64,000 nt of DNA from a virus (Duplodnaviria; Caudoviricetes): the IMG/VR virus record IMGVR_UViG_3300031992_000030; one strand, written 5' to 3'. A program made the position numbers and the translations under genes. Shown piece after piece: positions 9,390-21,000 of this stretch. Below the pieces are notes generated by a model. The model saw only the letters and a program-made list of their open reading frames with translations, did no database searches and had not been told where the DNA came from. Within the stretch, counting starts at the first letter, position 1. Every line of letters starts with the position of its first letter.

Positions 9390-11825
9390 ATGGCTAACAA
9401 TCCTTTGCTTGACCAAGATTTTTTATACGAATTATTTAAGCAAAAAAGTCGTGAAGTCTATGCTAAAATCATTTTGTTAGATTTACAAGAAATGCCTAAA
9501 GCAGACTTCAGTGGTAGAGTTACTCAAGGTTCAGTCAATCTTGATGGTAACTCTGCCATTAGACGAACTTGTTCCTTGACCCTGGCCGCAGAATTGAATG
9601 AGACAGATTCTTATATGTGGGCATTAAATTCAAAGTTTAAACTTGAAGTAGGTTTAAAAAATGTTATTAATCCTAATTACCCAGAGATCATTTGGTTTCC
9701 AATGGGTATATATTTTATTACAAATTTTAATCTAAATAAAAACACTACTCAAACCACTATTAGCATTAGTGGTAAAGATAAAATGGCTATGCTAACCGGT
9801 GATTTAGGTGGTGTGGTTCCCGCACTTACTTGGGACTTTGGTTCTATTGAGGTTACCGATGCAGAAGGAAACACAACTGTAGAAAAGTATTTAATTAAGA
9901 AAATAATAAGAGAACTTGTACATGAATTTGCAAAAGAGCCTTTCCAAAATATTATTATAAATGATTTGGAAGATAATGGTCTTGAGTTGCTTCAGTACAA
10001 TTACTCTCAGCCAATGTATTTGATTAGAGACGTAGAAGCTGATATTGTTACTCAGTTCACTTTAAGTCCAAACCAAGGTACTTACTATATTGTGCTTAAA
10101 AATGGTGATGAATGGACACCTACTTCTCAACAAATTTCTTTTAATGACCCTTCATTTATTTTTGATAATAGAAATAGTGTTATAGGTCAAGGTGAAGAAC
10201 CAACTTACTTCACAACAGAAGATTATTTGTCATCAGAAAATATTAGACCTTTTACTTGTATAAAAGCAGAAAAGGGAGATACAATAGGTTATAGACCGAC
10301 AGAGTTAGTTTATGCCGGTGACCTTATTGCTTCTGTTGGTGAATCAGTAGTTTCTGTTCTTGATAAAATCAAAAATATGTTAGGTGATTATGAATATTTT
10401 TATAACCTTGATGGACAGTTTGTTTTCCAAAGAAAAAGAATTTCATTAAGTCACCCTTGGAATCAATTAAGTCGTCAAAATGATGATAATAAAGAAATTT
10501 ATATTGATTTATATGCCGATGAATATGATTATAGTTTTGATGAAAACACAATAGTTTCTTCATTTAGCAATACACCAAATATTGCTAATGTAAAAAATGA
10601 TTTTATTGTTTGGGGCGAAAAGAAAGGAATAAGTGGTAATAAACAGATTCCTGTTCATTGTCGCTATGCTATACAAACTAAGCCGCAATATTACAAAGCA
10701 GTAGATGAAACAGTCTATGTATCTAAAGAATATGCGGCCGCTCATGAGACTGCTGGTATGAAAGTAGTAGATTGGAGAGAGATTATATATCAAATGGCAT
10801 TAGATTATAGAAAACATATGCACGATGCCGCTACTCCAGATGCTGACGTATACACTACCGATGAACTTATCCCAACCATAGCCAGAAATAATCCAGATTA
10901 CTATCCAGATGGTAACACTGGTTATGAGCAGTTCTATACAGATATGGAGGGTTTCTGGAGGTTGTTATATAATCCAGAATATTTGGGTACTTATTCTATT
11001 GCTTTTGGTCTTACTCAAGAAAAATATAATGACCCAGATACTGTGGTTTACTATTTCAAGAATCAAGGTGGTGCTCCTTACCAAACCAATGCTTCTTACT
11101 ACAAGCGCAAAGGTGGTACTGAAGTTTATTATTATGCTGGTAAAGTTACAAGAGAAGAATTTGAAACACAAAGTCTTCTTTATTACTTGCCAGTGAACCC
11201 AAAGAGTAGTGGCAAGGCTTATGATAGCAATATTACTTATTTCTATCTTGACAATGATGATTACTACATGGATCCAAATAATGCAGACACTTTATACTGG
11301 AACAAAGAAATTTTCTCTAATCCAGAAAGTCTTATATTTTGGTTTGATTTTATAGATGTAGAAAGCAATAGTGAACTTTCTCAATATGCAATAGATAATA
11401 TTGGTTTAAGAACAATAGCTAAAAATGACAATGCAGTTAAAGCCGTAGTGTATAAAGATGTTCCTAATGTTTTATTTGTAGAAAATAAAGATGCAGAAGA
11501 AATTGCGGAATTAAAAACACAAAATACAGGTTATACAATTTTACCACTTAATGAAAATTTAACAAATGTTTTCTCAATGAGTGTTCAAGGTAAATCTGCC
11601 AAAGATGAAATTGACTCAATGATTTATAATAAGGCGTGTTGCTGTGAATCTATTACAATGAGTTGTGCCCCCATTTACAGCCTTGAACCAAATGCAAAGA
11701 TATATGTAAAGGATACCAAGGCCGGAATAAATGGAGCATATCTTGCTGATAAATTTAGTATTAATTTGGCTTATAACGGTATGATGAATATTACCGCTAC
11801 TAAGATAATTGACAGAATTATTTAA
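9390..11825 (+). CDS. Tail/baseplate hub-like protein (DUF5048-like N-terminus)
   Basis: GRVTQGSVNLDGNSAIRRTCSL and ISGKDKMAML motifs typical of Firmicute phage tail proteins; last structural gene before the holin. Confidence 0.55.
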   Translation: MANNPLLDQDFLYELFKQKSREVYAKIILLDLQEMPKADFSGRVTQGSVNLDGNSAIRRTCSLTLAAELNETDSYMWALNSKFKLEVGLKNVINPNYPEIIWFPMGIYFITNFNLNKNTTQTTISISGKDKMAMLTGDLGGVVPALTWDFGSIEVTDAEGNTTVEKYLIKKIIRELVHEFAKEPFQNIIINDLEDNGLELLQYNYSQPMYLIRDVEADIVTQFTLSPNQGTYYIVLKNGDEWTPTSQQISFNDPSFIFDNRNSVIGQGEEPTYFTTEDYLSSENIRPFTCIKAEKGDTIGYRPTELVYAGDLIASVGESVVSVLDKIKNMLGDYEYFYNLDGQFVFQRKRISLSHPWNQLSRQNDDNKEIYIDLYADEYDYSFDENTIVSSFSNTPNIANVKNDFIVWGEKKGISGNKQIPVHCRYAIQTKPQYYKAVDETVYVSKEYAAAHETAGMKVVDWREIIYQMALDYRKHMHDAATPDADVYTTDELIPTIARNNPDYYPDGNTGYEQFYTDMEGFWRLLYNPEYLGTYSIAFGLTQEKYNDPDTVVYYFKNQGGAPYQTNASYYKRKGGTEVYYYAGKVTREEFETQSLLYYLPVNPKSSGKAYDSNITYFYLDNDDYYMDPNNADTLYWNKEIFSNPESLIFWFDFIDVESNSELSQYAIDNIGLRTIAKNDNAVKAVVYKDVPNVLFVENKDAEEIAELKTQNTGYTILPLNENLTNVFSMSVQGKSAKDEIDSMIYNKACCCESITMSCAPIYSLEPNAKIYVKDTKAGINGAYLADKFSINLAYNGMMNITATKIIDRII

Positions 11826-11840
11826 AGGAGGAAAAGGATT

Positions 11841-12215
11841 ATGGATAAGATGGAACTTATTCAACAGATTTTTGAGTTATGTATTGTACCTCTTCTCGCG
11901 GTACTCACGGGTTACATTGTAACCTGGATTAAGGCTAAGACCGCAGAGATAGAGCAAAATAAGTATACAAGCTTGATTTCTGATACAATTATTCAATGCG
12001 TTATTGCAACAAATCAGACTTATGTAGAAGCCTTAAAAAAGGAAGGTAAGTTTGATGCTGAAGCACAAGAGAAGGCTTTTGAAATTACAAAACAGGCTGT
12101 TCTCGCAGTTCTCACTAACCAGGCAAGAGATTTCATCGAAATGACTTATGGTGACGTAGAGGCTTGGCTTAATCAGCAGATTGAAGCAAGTATCAATACT
12201 TATAAGAGGGTATAA
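11841..12215 (+). CDS. Holin (LL-H-like family)
   Basis: One N-terminal TM segment, then QTYVEALKKEGKFD...WLNQQIEASI; ends the tail operon. Confidence 0.7.
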   Translation: MDKMELIQQIFELCIVPLLAVLTGYIVTWIKAKTAEIEQNKYTSLISDTIIQCVIATNQTYVEALKKEGKFDAEAQEKAFEITKQAVLAVLTNQARDFIEMTYGDVEAWLNQQIEASINTYKRV

Positions 12216-12258
12216 AAAAATGGGACTATTCTTAATTGAATAGTCCCTCTTTTTTTTT
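12214..12258. terminator. Bidirectional terminator at the convergence of late and early transcription
   Basis: A-run, GGGACTATTC / GAATAGTCCC stem, T-run. Confidence 0.85.
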
Positions 12259-12262
12259 GCAC

Positions 12263-12295
12263 AAAAAAGAGGGAGACTAAATTAATAGTCTCCCT
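12263..12295 (-). terminator. Terminator for the minus-strand genes
   Basis: AGGGAGACTA / TAGTCTCCCT stem with an A-run on its left. Confidence 0.8.
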
Positions 12296-12300
12296 TAATT

Positions 12301-12786
12301 TTATGCTTTACCAAATGTTTGTTTAGCTCTTTCTTGAAGTAATCCAAACAATTCATCACCTTCATGATTTCCACCTAAAGCCTTATAGGCATCATGATCT
12401 TTGACTATCTGGTCATATTCTTCTAAGGTTAAATCATGTTCTGGATTTAAAGCATTTCTACAATTTTGTTTAAATTCTCTACCTTGAATAGCTAACAAAC
12501 CCAATTTCAATTCAGAAAGGTTGGTTTTAAAACCCTCCATTTCTCTCTCTACTCTTTCATCTTTCTTCTCGACATGTTCGGTTAAAGCACTAATCTGTTC
12601 ACTAACCTTTTGGATAATTTCAGTTTTTAATGCTTCTTGTTCAGTTGCCTTTTTTTCTACTTCCAATTTAATGTAACGCTTACCGAAATAAGAAGCAAGA
12701 CCAATAAAGGCTGTAAATAAAATTTCCAACCAATATTTTAATAAAAACATCCCAATCTCTTGCCACATGGGTAAAGCCTCCTGCAT
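12301..12786 (-). CDS. Membrane protein with coiled coil and YKALGGN motif (lysis-cassette-associated family)
   Basis: N-terminal TM, coiled coil and C-terminal HDAYKALGGNHEGD, a pattern common in proteins next to Firmicute phage holins. Confidence 0.55.
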   Translation of the reverse strand: MQEALPMWQEIGMFLLKYWLEILFTAFIGLASYFGKRYIKLEVEKKATEQEALKTEIIQKVSEQISALTEHVEKKDERVEREMEGFKTNLSELKLGLLAIQGREFKQNCRNALNPEHDLTLEEYDQIVKDHDAYKALGGNHEGDELFGLLQERAKQTFGKA

Positions 12787-12839
12787 TCTCTAAATTCCTC
12801 TACATAGAAATTGAGAATTACTTGGAGGCTCTTATTGTT

Positions 12840-13328
12840 TTATGACCAATTGAATGATTCGGGGTTGGTTTTGATGTAATGAGTACCGATACATATTGCA
12901 TCACACTCATCTTGGGTTGCCTTGATATTGTATGTATTGGCTACATATTCAGCCGCATTTCTCTTTTGAGTAGCCCTGTCTGTGCCTCTAATACCAAGAG
13001 TCGATTTCCAACTTGCGGCAAGGACTGCTTCATTGGGCAATTCAAGTTCTGTAAATGTTTCATACAAAACTCCAAAAACTTCTGCTAAAACTTTAAATGT
13101 TCTAACATTCTGTACTACATTAGTTTGAAGTTGAATATCTTCAAAAACAATTTCTGTAATTTCATATTTATCAATTAGCTCAATAACTTGAGTTTTGATT
13201 TTATATAATCTTTCACCAATATCTGGGTCATCTACACTTATCTTACCGTGTGCCGCGAGTTTATCCCCATCAAAAACTGCCCAACCGGTAATACGTGAAC
13301 TTTGATCAAGAGCTAGTAACTTACGCAC
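12840..13328 (-). CDS. ruvC: RuvC-like Holliday junction resolvase
   Basis: LALDQSSRITGWAVF, IVFED and QDECDAICIG motifs. The likely start is the GTG at 13328, overlapping the dut stop. Confidence 0.8.
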   Translation of the reverse strand: MRKLLALDQSSRITGWAVFDGDKLAAHGKISVDDPDIGERLYKIKTQVIELIDKYEITEIVFEDIQLQTNVVQNVRTFKVLAEVFGVLYETFTELELPNEAVLAASWKSTLGIRGTDRATQKRNAAEYVANTYNIKATQDECDAICIGTHYIKTNPESFNWS

Positions 13329-13863
13329 CTGTTGAACCAAATCCGCCAGTTCTTTCGCCCTCTGTCTTGTCATCATCTGCAAGGAGGTACGATTTTATGA
13401 TGCCTTGGCCGATACAATCGCCTTTCTTCAAAAGAATTGGATATGGGGATAAGTTAATAATCTGAAAGAAAATATGTCCTTCATTATCTGGATTGTTATA
13501 ATAGTCAGTGTCAATAATTCCTACACCATTAGCAAGAATAAGCCAATACTTCATAGGACAAGAACTTCTAACTGAAAGCTCAAGGTAAGTGCCTTCGTCC
13601 AATTGTGCCTTAATACCAGTAGGCACTAAAGTTGTTCGAGCATTTGCGGCCTTGGTGACGTCGGCCATGTTATCTAGTGTCAATGGAAAACCAAGGCCCT
13701 GCCGCATAACCTCTTCAGTAATACAAGTACGCTCAATACCTATACTATCAACTATTATATCCTCCGCTACATAAAAATCGTAGCCAGCCGAACCTTTTGT
13801 TTTACGAACGGGAATAATTACTCCATCATCATCAGCATATTTGCTAATTTTCTCAAAACGCAT
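13321..13863 (-). CDS. dut: Trimeric dUTPase
   Basis: SAGYDF, RSS, GIIDTDYY, QGII and RTGGFGSTG motifs; start MRFEK at 13863. Confidence 0.93.
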   Translation of the reverse strand: MRFEKISKYADDDGVIIPVRKTKGSAGYDFYVAEDIIVDSIGIERTCITEEVMRQGLGFPLTLDNMADVTKAANARTTLVPTGIKAQLDEGTYLELSVRSSCPMKYWLILANGVGIIDTDYYNNPDNEGHIFFQIINLSPYPILLKKGDCIGQGIIKSYLLADDDKTEGERTGGFGSTGA

Positions 13864-14116
13864 CAACAGAACCTCCTCTTGAATAAGTAACTTCTGTATC
13901 ATAAATAGGATCTTTTACATCCTCAAATGCAATCTTCGCCTTAACTAGCTGATATTCTTCCACGATCTCACCCTTCTGCTTAATGTACTTGGTGGTGTAA
14001 CTAAAACTAACCAGCTCGCCGCACGGGAGATCTTCGAGAGTTTTTCTCAACTTTAAAGCTGATTCTACTGTTGGGACTCTATATGTGTTTACAACTTCAA
14101 TTAAATACTTTTCCAT
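13853..14116 (-). CDS. Hypothetical protein
   Basis: 87-aa ORF with GAGG RBS, coupled to its neighbours. Confidence 0.7.
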   Translation of the reverse strand: MEKYLIEVVNTYRVPTVESALKLRKTLEDLPCGELVSFSYTTKYIKQKGEIVEEYQLVKAKIAFEDVKDPIYDTEVTYSRGGSVDAF

Positions 14117-14117
14117 C

Positions 14118-14369
14118 TTAGTTTACCTCTACTATAATATTATTGTTCTTAAAACCAAAGGTTAATTCAGGTTTTCTTTCCAACAAGCCGCTAATATAAG
14201 TGTCATCGCCAAAGAAATGAATTTTTCCAATTTTGTTCTGTAAGCAAAAATCTAAAGCCATATTACCGAGATTTTCAATACCATCTACAGTAATCTTCTC
14301 TCCATTTGGTGCGACAAGAACTTGTGTTCTTGCAAACATATCAACACAACAAATCAATTGATTATCCAT
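14118..14369 (-). CDS. Hypothetical protein
   Basis: 83-aa ORF overlapping the upstream stop. Confidence 0.65.
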   Translation of the reverse strand: MDNQLICCVDMFARTQVLVAPNGEKITVDGIENLGNMALDFCLQNKIGKIHFFGDDTYISGLLERKPELTFGFKNNNIIVEVN

Positions 14370-14853
14370 TGAACTCTACTACCCCCTCATCATAATTAAA
14401 TAAATACATACAAATTGCACTATTGGAATCTTTAGGCTTTATCCAAATTTCAAGACCATTTCCCTCTTCTGTAATATCACAAGCCTTAAGGTCTCCAACA
14501 TTAACAAGACAATCCTTGAAAACTTCGTGAAACTTTTCAGGTGCTTCTTCGGTTCTCTTGAATAAAGTAAAGTATCCAATATCCTTGCAATACATTAAGA
14601 AATATGTTCCTTGTGGGTTCCATTTCTTAATTACTCCTTCAACCTTGCGCCAGTCCATATTTTTTTGATTGGCTACAAGAGTTTTATTCATATCATACAG
14701 TGAGAGTTTGAGGTCTGGGTTATAATCTACCCAGGCCCCATTCTCAAACATTTGATATTTCTTTTCATCTTCTATAAATATAACAGTTCCTTCAGTAATT
14801 TGTTCTGGCTTAAGAGAAGCTATTTCAGTATTATCTTTTATAGTAATTATCAT
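14362..14853 (-). CDS. Hypothetical protein
   Basis: 163 aa, AAGGAG RBS, downstream of a sigmaA-like promoter. Confidence 0.7.
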   Translation of the reverse strand: MIITIKDNTEIASLKPEQITEGTVIFIEDEKKYQMFENGAWVDYNPDLKLSLYDMNKTLVANQKNMDWRKVEGVIKKWNPQGTYFLMYCKDIGYFTLFKRTEEAPEKFHEVFKDCLVNVGDLKACDITEEGNGLEIWIKPKDSNSAICMYLFNYDEGVVEFNG

Positions 14854-14886
14854 TATAAATACTCCTTAAATTTTTCTCATATTTAT

Positions 14887-14914
14887 ATTATAACATAAAA
14901 TATTTATTTTTCAA
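14887..14914 (-). promoter_or_regulatory. sigmaA-type promoter
   Basis: TTGAAA-16-TATAAT with extended TG. Confidence 0.6.
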
Positions 14915-17156
14915 AATCTACGGGATGTTTCTTTCGCATCAAAACTTCTTGTATTTTACCTTTATTGAAGGCTGTTGTATAATTACCTGTTAAGTAACCT
15001 GTTACTCTTCTTAATCTTTGAATATTAGTACTGCCGCACTTTGGACAAGCATCTTCAATTTCTCCGCACTCGCCGCACTCCATACAAGTATCACAAGGAA
15101 CATTAATTGCAAAATAAGGAATATCGTTATCCATAGCATAATCTATTACGGCTCTGACAGCATCCAAATTCTTTCTATCATCATCACTAAATTCTACATA
15201 AGTAATACAACCAGCAGAACTGTATCCTGTTAACTGACTCTCAATGTCAATCTTATCAAATGGACTCATTCTCTTCCAAACCGGAACGTGCATTGAATTA
15301 GTAAAGAAGTCTTTATCACTTACTTCTGGTATTACACCATACTTTTCTTTAAATTTCTTCATAGCAGTATAACAAAGGTTTTCAGCAGGTGTATAATAAA
15401 CACCAAAATTAAGTTTATATTCTTCTTTATATTTTGCACATAATTCCTTAAAGGTATTTTCAATTCTTTTTGCTACTTTCATTCCTTTGTCTGTGGTATG
15501 ATCTGTATTTAAAAGAATTTGAAGAGTTTCAGCAAGTCCAATTTGACCAATAGCAAGAGTACCATGCTTTAACGCTGAACGTATTCCTTCTTCTGGATTA
15601 TATCCATACATCGTTCCATTTTCATACATAAACTTCGCAGAACTTGGGGATTGTGAGCAAATCCATTCAAATCTTTCTATCAACATATCTCTTGCATCAG
15701 CTATTGCTAATTTGAGAATATCAATAAATGTATCGACAATATCATCTTCGGTAAAATTATTTATCTTTTGAACTTCTTCCATAGCTTCCATAGCAAGAGT
15801 TGGCATAATAATTGTTACTGGGCAAATATTACCGCGACCATCTTTCATCTGTTTGTTCTGGCCGGGGAGAGCATTGATGTCTGCACCATTCGCAGTTCTG
15901 CATCCCATAGTTGAGAAGTACGTGGTCGGATCATTGACATCATAACCAGCATTACCGCTCCAATCTACATTAGCGTAGTTAGGATATAATCTTTTTGCGG
16001 TTGACTTTATAGCCAAAAGATATAAGTCGTAGTTAGGATCTCCCTCTTTCCTATTTACTCCCTTCATACACTGGAAAATACCACAAGGGAAAATAGATGT
16101 TTTATGTAATTTTCCCAAGCCTTCAAGTGATACTTCAAGCAGAGCCTTAGTTACCATTCTTCCCTCCGGGAGAGTACAAGTGCCATAATTGATTGAGGTA
16201 AATGGAAGCTGATTACCAGAACGTGATTGCAGTGTATTTAAATTATGATACATACCTTCAACAGCCTGATATACTTCCTTAATCGTCATTTGCATAGCAT
16301 AGTCATATGCTTTCTTATTATTTTTATACATAGAATCCTCAATGCTGATATTTTTGGGGTCTTCTTGTATAACATATTCTTCTAACCAACTACCACTTTT
16401 TTCTTCTATCCAACGAAGTCCTTCTTTATAATGTTTCCAAAATGATTTTCTTACATAAGGAACCATTGTCCAGTCCAAATGAGTTGCAGAAACGCCTCCA
16501 AATTGTTGTAAAGATTGAAGTTGAAAAATAACAGCAACTAATTGAAAAGCCGTATTAACACTATTTGCTGGACGAACATCTGTCTGACGAGTGTTAAAAC
16601 CCTCAGCCAACAATTTGTCAAATGGAATTGAGAGACAATTGTGCATACCAACAGCATAACTATCTAAATCGTGAATATAAATTCTATTATTTAAATGGTT
16701 TTCTTTAGCCATTTTAGATACTATATAATCAAGAGCATATTTTTTAGTCATAACACTTGAAGCTTCACCAATTCTTCCGCCGAACGAGTGTTCGTCAACA
16801 TTCGCGTTCTGGTTCTGGACATTACGTGCTTCAAGTTTTTCACCAATAGCATCAAAGAAAGTAGATTGTGTTTCTCTTGCAACTTCTTTTTTATAGCGGT
16901 ATCTAATGTAAGCTCTTGCTACGTCTGGTCTTTCTGAAACCATCAATTCGAGTTCAACCCAGTCTTGAATGGACTCAACTCCAACCGGAGTTTTACTCAT
17001 TCTTATTCTTTTTTCAATATCGGAAGCAATTTCTTTTGCAGTATCTTCTTCATAAAGTTGTCCATCAACTTCTATCATTGCGCTATTTACTGCGTCAATT
17101 ATCTTTTGTCTATCAAAGGAAACTTCCTCACCATTTCTTTTTATAATTTTCAACAT
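14904..17156 (-). CDS. nrdD: Anaerobic (class III) ribonucleoside-triphosphate reductase with ATP cone
   Basis: N-terminal ATP cone IIKRNG...FDRQKI; IYIHDLD, TMGCRT and TPAENL; CxxC...CxxC; glycyl-radical motif RRVTGYL. Confidence 0.95.
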   Translation of the reverse strand: MLKIIKRNGEEVSFDRQKIIDAVNSAMIEVDGQLYEEDTAKEIASDIEKRIRMSKTPVGVESIQDWVELELMVSERPDVARAYIRYRYKKEVARETQSTFFDAIGEKLEARNVQNQNANVDEHSFGGRIGEASSVMTKKYALDYIVSKMAKENHLNNRIYIHDLDSYAVGMHNCLSIPFDKLLAEGFNTRQTDVRPANSVNTAFQLVAVIFQLQSLQQFGGVSATHLDWTMVPYVRKSFWKHYKEGLRWIEEKSGSWLEEYVIQEDPKNISIEDSMYKNNKKAYDYAMQMTIKEVYQAVEGMYHNLNTLQSRSGNQLPFTSINYGTCTLPEGRMVTKALLEVSLEGLGKLHKTSIFPCGIFQCMKGVNRKEGDPNYDLYLLAIKSTAKRLYPNYANVDWSGNAGYDVNDPTTYFSTMGCRTANGADINALPGQNKQMKDGRGNICPVTIIMPTLAMEAMEEVQKINNFTEDDIVDTFIDILKLAIADARDMLIERFEWICSQSPSSAKFMYENGTMYGYNPEEGIRSALKHGTLAIGQIGLAETLQILLNTDHTTDKGMKVAKRIENTFKELCAKYKEEYKLNFGVYYTPAENLCYTAMKKFKEKYGVIPEVSDKDFFTNSMHVPVWKRMSPFDKIDIESQLTGYSSAGCITYVEFSDDDRKNLDAVRAVIDYAMDNDIPYFAINVPCDTCMECGECGEIEDACPKCGSTNIQRLRRVTGYLTGNYTTAFNKGKIQEVLMRKKHPVDFEK

Positions 17157-17206
17157 ATTATCTCTCCTCCTTTTTTGGTATCATAAATAATATGAAAATT
17201 ATTTAA

Positions 17207-17797
17207 TTAAATTTGTCCAATTTTGGCCTGTAATTTTTCCGCGGCGCTACAGATGACGCTAACAGCATGATCTAAATCATCAATATATTCATTGTCTAGT
17301 ACATTGTGATGAAAAGGCAAGTCCGCAAAATCAGCTTTATCTGTTTTATATCTTCTAAACACTTCTTCAATATCGGGATTGTTTTCTCTTTCAAGTTGTC
17401 TAATAAGTCTAATCTTATCTGACGCTTCTATTAAGAAAACATACAATTCAATATCTTTATGTAACATTAAAGATTCTATGCCCTCTGGATTATAAACCCC
17501 AATATTTACCTTATCCTTAACCAAACTCTTCGATGGCGTTCCATAAAACCAGTTATTGAAGCAACTTGCTTCGAGCATCTTATCATTTAAAACTTCTTCT
17601 GTAAACTGGTCAACAGTATAGAAGTGATAATCTACTCCATCTTCCTCGTTATCTCTCATGGGACGAGTAGTACACGAAACGATTTTGTTTAGTTCATGAT
17701 TCTCCTCACAAACGGCCCGCAAAATAGTATCTTTACCACTACCAGCCTGTCCTATAATTGCTATCATTTTGAAAGGTCTCTCAGTTTTTTCAGCCAT
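17207..17797 (-). CDS. gmk: Guanylate kinase-like nucleotide kinase
   Basis: GQAGSGKDT P-loop, SCTTRPMRDNEEDGVDYHF and WFYGT. Confidence 0.85.
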   Translation of the reverse strand: MAEKTERPFKMIAIIGQAGSGKDTILRAVCEENHELNKIVSCTTRPMRDNEEDGVDYHFYTVDQFTEEVLNDKMLEASCFNNWFYGTPSKSLVKDKVNIGVYNPEGIESLMLHKDIELYVFLIEASDKIRLIRQLERENNPDIEEVFRRYKTDKADFADLPFHHNVLDNEYIDDLDHAVSVICSAAEKLQAKIGQI

Positions 17798-18012
17798 TCT
17801 TTTATCTCCTCTGTTGGTACATTTTCTTCCATTTCTAAAATTACAAGTAGAATACGATCCAATAATTCGTGTGCTTCTTTTATGTATTTTTTATCAATTT
17901 GATTAAAAGCTACAATACCACTTATTGGTATATCAGTCATATTAAGACAAGCGAACAGGAGGGCCTCATAAAGAAGAAAACAATTTCTTTCCATATCGTC
18001 ATAATCATTCAT
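17764..18012 (-). CDS. Hypothetical protein
   Basis: ORF coupled to the dnaE stop; likely start MNDYDD at 18012. Confidence 0.55.
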   Translation of the reverse strand: MNDYDDMERNCFLLYEALLFACLNMTDIPISGIVAFNQIDKKYIKEAHELLDRILLVILEMEENVPTEEIKEWLKKLRDLSK

Positions 18013-21000
18013 CTTCGGCCTCTCCTTGATAACGCTCATATCTTAAAATCAAATCACCATCTTTTTCAATACCATCAATTTTATACAAATGATGTCCACC
18101 AGATGATGCATATTTCTTAGCAAAGAACTCTTCTCCTGTTCTTATACCTTGTACTACTATCTTACTTCCTCTATTAAACCAAGACTTTTCTTTAATTGTC
18201 TTAGTCCCATCGGGATTTCTTACTGAAATTTGCTTGTCATATAAACTAAACAAACCTTTTGACATTTTTACTGTTACTACTCCCGTCGGGGTCAAAAGTG
18301 ACACAGTGGACTTGTTCTTGTCCTTCGCGATACAAGTGCCGCAAATCTTTTTAAGAACAAACATTTTAATCTCTTTATCACCCTTCGTAAAAGTTCTATC
18401 CACTATTGGGTCTTCTGGCATACTGAAGAAGTCTGCAAAACCGTATTTTGCTGCATTAATATTCTTCAATGGATGTTCATGATAGTAGAAACACAATGCG
18501 TCCATTTCCCAATCTGAAATAATACCTTTTGCGTACTTATTCCAATCGTCTAAGAATATCAACTCATTTAATTTTACCAATGTTTCTTCTTTGTTTGCAC
18601 TTAACCATTTTCTTAATGTATCCATATACTTCTGATACACATTATCCCAAGAAGTTTTGCTAATAATAAAGTTCTGATCAACGATATTATCTGCTCCAAT
18701 TTCAACTAAGAAGTTAATTGCTCTTTCATCAAGTTGATATTTATCAGTTCCAAACTTACACATAGCTTTTAAATATCTATTAAATTCAAAAACTCTAACT
18801 GCAAGTTTCATATCTGCTTCTTCTGTTGGTACAAGATTGTATTTTATCAATCCTGCCATATTTTGCAAAGTTAATCTCTTTTTCTTGTCACAAGTATTCC
18901 ATATAAACCAGGCCATACAAATTTTTCTTTCCATAAAGGAATCAAATGCTCCACCTTTAATTAAAGAAATCATAACTTGTTTTGTAGGCTTAACTCTGTC
19001 ATAAAAATCTTGAACAGAACGATAAGGTCTATTTTCAATAATCTTCATAACAATTTCATCACCTACATTTGCCAAACTTTTTAATCCGCAGAAGATAGAA
19101 CCTTCTTCTTTGTTTGGCTTAAACTCATATGCCGATTCATTTATATCAGGAAGTTTTACATTTATTCCCGAATTTTTCATCTTGTTAATTGTAATTGCGA
19201 CCTTGTTATAATCTGTACCAGTTCCAATACCACCAGAATCTGTAATCGCGCAAGCACAATTCCAATAGATAATAGGATAATTGAAACACAAGTTCATTTC
19301 TTGAAGTCCTATCAATGAATAAGCCAAAGTATGAGACTGGTTAAATCCATAACCTTTACTCATTGAGATAAGAACTTCCCACACATACTTTGCAAAGTTT
19401 TCTTTAACTCCCTTTTCCTTTGTTACTTGATAAAATTCTTTTGTCAATTCTTCAAATTCTTTAGGGTTCTTCTTTGCAATAGACTTTCTTAACTTATCTG
19501 CCCAAGTAAGCGAGAAACCTCCAAGTGCGGGCAGTTGTACTAAACTCATGAACTGCTCCTGTGCTATACACAAACCGTAAGATATACCTACTATCGGTTC
19601 AAGAATAATCTTTTCATTTATTCCCAAACCATAAGAAGCTAACTCTCTATCCCATGCACTTGGATCTCTCTTGAATCTTGCTAACTTATCAGTTGGCATT
19701 TCTGTTGAACCAGGCTGGGCCATAAGTCTAATTGTTGAGTTCAAAATTGCTAAATCGTCTACTGAAGTTGGCTTAAGAGTTGCAATACCCTTAATTCCAC
19801 TCTGCTTCTCCATCTGGAACAATGATTGAATCTGATGATTCCAAATCATTTTCCACATATCTTGATTATCTCTATTAAGTTTATAAATTCCAATAGTATT
19901 TTCATATCTATCTCTTAAACTTAAATTTTTATCAATATATCCATCTTCTGTTAACAAATCAAGACAAGTATGTATCTTATCCAAAGCTTCAACTGAAAGA
20001 AGGTCATATTTAATCAAACTTACTGCTTCATCATCGTGGAGATCAAATTGAGTTATAATATCTCCATTCGGTGCCCTCATTAATGCTGTTGAATTAGTAA
20101 AATCTTCATCAACAAAGATAACTCCTCCAGCGTGTTCTCCAATTCTACAAATAAGTCCTTCTACTTTTTGAGCGACTTTCCACAATTCCGGGTTGTTATT
20201 CATTTCTTTAACAAATAATGGAACTGGATCAAAACCATTTTCTTCGTCACCATAATAACATTGATGTAAGGTTCTAATTTGTCCTCTATCTGCCGGAACG
20301 AGTGAAGATATATATGCAGCCTCATCTACATCTATACCCAAACCACGAGCTGCAGTTTGAATTGCTGACTTTGACTTTTCGGTACCAAAAGTAGCAACAT
20401 TACATACTCTATCTAAACCATAAACTTCACGAAGTTTATTAAGTACATCGCCTCTGCGGCCGCCCTCGATGTCGACATCAACATCCAAAACAGATACACG
20501 ATCAGGGTTCAAGAAACGCCATGGGAAAGTCTTTGTTGTTTCAGCGAGAGGATTGATCTGGGTTATACCTAACACATACAACAGGATAAATCCTACACCG
20601 GAGCCACGGCCGCACCCTACCAATGAACCTGCTTCCCAACATACATCAATAATTCTTTGGAGATTTAAGAAGTATGCTGACCATTCTGCATTATTTACTC
20701 TTGAAGAAGTCCAAGTCATTTCGAGGTTATTATTTATTTCATCATAAGCCTCTTGGTTTTGTAAGTCTGCATGACTTTCTATACCATTTATAATTGCATC
20801 TACCAATTTCTTATCAGAGTTAAATTCAGAGTTATTAAAATCAGCTAACTTCGGAATAAGTTCAATATATCTCTTCTTCTTATCTTCTGGTACATACTTC
20901 TGTTCAACCCAAGGCAAATTAGGTATTTTCAATTCTTTTGCTAATTCATAATCTTCACATTTATCTTTAATTTCTTTTATTGCTTCATAAGCCTTGTCAA